DNA of 64,000 nt. It comes from Mobula hypostoma. Its lineage: Eukaryota. Within the stretch, counting starts at the first letter, position 1; every line of letters starts with the position of its first letter. Positions 59,779 through 64,000 of this stretch are shown here, in pieces. The position numbers were made by a program, and so were the translations under genes. The stretch covers positions 117,988,001-118,052,000 of the forward strand of contig NC_086108.1 of NCBI RefSeq assembly GCF_963921235.1, given 5' to 3'. The notes below the pieces were generated by a model, which saw only the letters and a program-made list of their open reading frames with translations, was not told the origin of the DNA and ran no database searches.

Positions 59779-60637
59779 TGTTACGTACCCCGTAACTGGG
59801 TTGCCAAACCAGCAGAAATGGATCACTCAGTTGGAGTCTGGAGTACTAGAACTAAGAAGGTTTTATTAAAGAAACAAGCAACACAGTAATCGAAAGGATA
59901 ATAAATGCAACAATTCAACAATGATAACCGCACATGTGCACAGAATTAAGATAACAGCATCAATCAAGCTCTATCGTTGTCTAGGGGTAAATGACCAATT
60001 TCAAAATGACTCAAAGTTCAGTCCAGTTTAGTAGTTCAGTTCGCAGTAATCGTTGCCATGGCGGTGGACAATGTGGGGGAAGAGAGAGATAGAATAGGAA
60101 CAACTCATCATTCAGAACGGCTTCACTCACAGACCAGCGAGATGGCTCACAAACAGCTTTTTGGGCGGGTCCTTGGTGATGTCACCTGAGGTCACCGACT
60201 GTGACCCCTCCTCCAGATGCGGTCGATCCTCTGCAGTGAACCCGGCACCCAGGCAAGGGCGGACACACACCGGGTTCCCGCTGATCGTACCTTTCCACCC
60301 TTGTCGTTGTCTGGGACTTCTCACCCACTCGTGAGAAGCGCACCGCTTCCAGGGTCTCGTTACCTCGGGTGGCGTGTGTCTGTCTTAGCGAACCTGTCCC
60401 TTTTTATCCCCCTGCTGGGGTATCGCCTGTCCATCACTTCAAACAGTTCAGGGTTCAAAGGGGGGAGCCGCTCCAGACAGCTCTTCCTCCCACATCCCTT
60501 CATTACACATCTCCAGACGCTGCTCCATTGTTCCTTATCTCTCCTTCCCCTGAGGGCAGGTGGCAGACCAACTGCTGATGCCACTGATGCTAGCCCAGGC
60601 CAGCAAACATCTTAATTTTATGTGTATTCTCGTAACA
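59779..60637 (-). repeat. 5' LTR
   Basis: TG...CA with 7-bp terminal inverted repeats. Near-identical to 55769-56627. Confidence 0.96.
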
Positions 60638-63600
60638 CATGGAAGGAGTTTCTGCACAGGAGATTCAGGGCAGGAGTTATAACAGCAGGAGTTTCAGGGC
60701 AGGAGATTCAGGTCAGGAGTTTCAGGACATGAGAGTCAGAGCAGGAGTTTCAGGGCAAGAGATTCAGGGCAGGAGCTTCAGGACATGAGATTCAGAGCAG
60801 CAGTTTCAGGGCAAGAGATTCAGGGCAGGAGTTTCAGGGCATGAGATTTAGGGAAGGATTTTCTGGGAATGAGATTCAGGGCATGAGTTTCTGCACAGGA
60901 GATTCAGAGCAGGAGTTTCAGGGCATGAGAATCAAGACAGGAGTTTCAGGGCAGGAGATTCAGGGAAGGAGTTTCATGGCAATAGTTTCAGCACAGGAGA
61001 TTCAGGGCAGGAGTTACAGGACTGGAGTTACTGCACAGGAGTTTCAGGGCAGATGTTTCATGGCAGGAGTTTCAGGGCAGGAGTTTCAGGGCAGGAGATT
61101 CACGGAAGTAGATTCTGGGCATGAGATTCAGCGCATGAGTTTCTGCACAGGAGATTCAGAGCAGGAGTTTCAGGGCATGAGATTCAGGGCAGGAGTTTCA
61201 GGACATGAGATTTAGGGAAGGATTTTCTGGGAATGAGATTCAGGGCATGAGTTTCTGCACAGGAGATTCAGAGCAGGAGTTTCAGGGCATGAGAATCAAG
61301 ACAGGAGTTTCAGGGCAGGAGATTCAGGGAAGGAGTTTCATGGCAATAGTTTCAGCACAGGAGATTCAGGGCAGGAGTTACAGGACTGGAGATACTGCAC
61401 AGGAGTTTCAGGGCAGATGTTTCATGGCAGGAGTTTCAGGGCAGGAGTTTCAGGGCAGGAGATTCACGGAAGTAGATTCTGGGCATGAGATTCAGCGCAT
61501 GAGTTTCTGCACAGGAGATTCAGAGCAGGAGTTTCAGGGCATGAGATTCAGGGCAAAGTTTCAGGACATGAGATTGAGGGCAGGAGTTTCAGGGCATGTT
61601 TTACAGGGCAGGAGAATCAGGGCAGGAGTTTCAGAGCAGGAGTTTCTGCACAGGAGATTCAGTGCAGGACCTTCAGGGCAGGAGTTTCAGGGTAGAAGAG
61701 TCAGGGCAGGAGTTTCAGACATGAATTTCAGGGAATGAGATTCAGGGCAGCAGTTTCAGGGCAGGAGATACAGCTCAGGAGTTTCTGCACAGGAGATTCA
61801 GGGCAGGAGTTACAGGACTGGAGTTACTGCACAAGAGTTTCAAGGCAGATGTTTCATGGCAGGAGTTTTAGGGTATGAGATTCACGGAACGAGATTCTGG
61901 GCATGAGATTCAGCGCATGAGTTTCTGCAGAGGAGATTCAGAGCAGCAGTTTCAGGGCATAAGTTTCAGGGCAGGAGATTCAGAACAGGAGTTTCAGGGC
62001 ATGTTTTACAGGGCAGGAGAATCAGGGCAGGAGTTTCAGAGCAGGAGTTTCAGAGCATGAGATTCAGGGCAGGACTTTCGGAACAGGAGATTCAGGGCAT
62101 GAGATTGAAGGAAGGAGATTCAGGGCATGAGATTCAGGGCAGGAGTTTCTGCAGAGGAGGTTCAGGGCAGGAGATTCAGTGAAGGAGTTTCTGCACAGGA
62201 GAATCAGGGCAGGAGTTACAGGACTGGAGTTACTGCACAGGAGTTTCAGGGCAGAAGCTTCAGGGTGGAGTTTCAGGGCAGGTGTTTCAGGGCATGAGAT
62301 TCAGGGCAGGACTCTGAGAGCAGAAGATTCAGGACATGAGATTCACGGGAGGAGATACAGGGCATGAGATTCAGGGCAGGAGTTTCTGCACAGGAGGTTC
62401 AGGGCAGGAGTTTCAGGGCAGGTGATTCAGGGCAGGAGATACTGGGCAAGAGATTTAGGGAAGGAGATTCACGGCATGAGATTCAGGGCAGGAGTTTCTG
62501 CACAGGAGGTTAAGGGGAGGAGATTCAGGGCAAGAGATTCAGGGAAGGTGTTTCTGCACAGGAGGTTAAGGGCAAGAGATTCAACGCAGGAGTTTCAGGG
62601 AATGAGATTCAGAGCAGGAGTTTCAGGCAGGAGATTGAGGGCAGGAGTTTCAGGGCATAAGTTTCAGGGCAGGAGATTCAGATCAGGAGTTTCAGACATG
62701 AATTTCAGGGAATGAGATTCAGGGCAGCAGTTTCAGGGCAGGAGATACAGGTCAGGAGTTTCTGAACAGGAGATTCAGGGCAGGAGTTAGAGGACTGGAG
62801 TTACTGCACAGGAATTTCAGGGCAGATGTTTCATGGCAGTAGTTTCAGGGCAGGAGTCTCAGGGCATGAGATTTAGTGCATGAGTTTCGGGGCAGGAGTT
62901 TCTGCACAGGAGATTCAGGGCAGGAGTTACAGGACTGGAGTTACTGCACAGGAGTTTCAGGGCAGAAGCTTCAGGGTGGAGTTTCAGGGCAGGTGTTTCA
63001 GGGCATGAGATTCAGGGCAGGGCTCTGAGAACAGAAGATTCAGGACATGAGATTCACGGGAGGAGATACAGGGCATGAGATTCAGGGCAGGAGTTTCTGG
63101 GCATGAGATTTAGGGAAGGAGATTGACGGCATGAGATTCAGGGCAGGAGTTTCAGGGCAGGAGATTCAGGGCAGGAGTTTCTGCACAGGAGGTTCAGGGC
63201 AGGAGTTTCAGGGCAGGTGATTCAGGGCAGGAGATACTGGGCATGAGATTTAGGGAAGGAGATTCACGGCATGAGATTCAGGGCAGGAGTTTCAGGGCAT
63301 GTTTTACAGGGCAGGAGAATCAGGGCAGGAGTTTCAGAGCAGGAGTTTCAGAGCAGGAGATTCAGGGCAGGACTTTCGGAACAGGAGATTCAGGGCATGA
63401 GATTCAAGGAAGGAGATTCAGGGCATGAGATTCAGGGCAGGAGTTTCTGCACAGGAGGTTAAGGGCAGAAGATTCAGGGCAGGAGATTCAGGGAAGGTGT
63501 TTCTGCACAGGAGATTCAGGGCAGATGTTTCAGGACAGGAATTTCAGGGCAGGAGTTTCAGGGCATGAGATTCAGGGAAGGAGATTCTGGGCATGAGATT

Positions 63601-64000
63601 CAGGGCATGAGTTTCTGCACAGGAGATTCAGAGCAGGAGTGTCAGGGCATGAGAATCAAGGCATGAGTTTCAGGGCATGAGATTCAGGTCATGAGTTTCA
63701 GGGCAGGAGATTCAGCTCAGGAGTTTCTGCACAGGAGATTAAGGGCAGGAGTTACAGGACTGGAGTTACTGCACAAGAGTTTTTGGGCAGATGTTTCATG
63801 GCAGGAGATTCAGCGCATGAGTTTCTGCACAGGAGATTTAGAGCAGGAGTTTCAGGGCATGAGATTCAGGGCAGGAGTTTCAGGACATGAGATTGAGGGC
63901 AGGACGTTCAGGGCAGGAGTTTCAGGGTAGAAGTGTCAGGGCAGGAGTTGCAGACATGAATTTCAGGGAATGAGATTCAGGGCAGCAGTTTCAGGGCAGG

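Larger units (their letters stand above)
55769..60637 (-). mobile_element. Gmr1-like Ty3/Gypsy LTR retrotransposon, internally deleted (4869 bp), very recent insertion
   Basis: Two 859-bp LTRs bounded by TGTTACG...CGTAACA, 4-bp TSD CATG (55765-55768 and 60638-60641), PBS, PPT and a single 959-aa ORF. Confidence 0.96.
48875..64000 (+). repeat. 14-bp satellite array (GGGCAGGAGTTTCA / GGGCATGAGATTCA) with higher-order duplications, running off the window
   Basis: About 10 kb of degenerate 14-mers at 48875-55768 and 60638-64000. Block duplications have offsets of 575, 392 and 2167 bp. Confidence 0.97.

Noticed and set aside
48861..63930. Dozens of plus-strand ORFs with FRAGVSGQEFQGRS repeats
   Set aside because: These are an artefact of a 14-bp unit that lacks plus-strand stops, giving a 14-aa period in all frames. 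ORFs end at random variant monomers and there is no gene structure.
48875..64000. Satellite as true telomeric repeat
   Set aside because: There are no tandem TTAGGG runs, only a telomere-like heptamer within a 14-bp unit.

Overview
This is eukaryotic, repeat-saturated vertebrate DNA, most likely from a cartilaginous fish (inferred from an HE1/V-SINE-like fragment and CR1 LINEs with an esterase ORF1). From left to right: (1) the last intron(s) and two terminal exons of a VAV-family gene (C-terminal SH3, closest to VAV3), with a TIR/TSD-bounded Charlie/Buster hAT transposon just upstream; (2) about 40 kb of nested CR1 LINEs, including one intact 1010-aa ORF2, plus a Gypsy solo LTR, a Tc1-type MITE, a rearranged Penelope-like element with a hammerhead motif and two copies of a ~680-bp non-coding retroposon; (3) a two-exon unprocessed RPL7L1 pseudogene with a decayed tRNA-Ser in its intron; (4) a 14-bp satellite array from ~48.9 kb to the window end, interrupted by a very young 4.87-kb Gmr1-like LTR element whose single ORF keeps Gag(SCAN-like, CCHC) and protease but has only in-frame relics of INT, RT and RNase H. 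The two strongest leads are a U_UUA_AAC -1 slippery site at every visible CR1 ORF1/ORF2 junction (ORF2 has no usable AUG) and the Gag-Pro-only LTR element in the satellite. Boundaries of degenerate repeats are approximate and no database searches were run.
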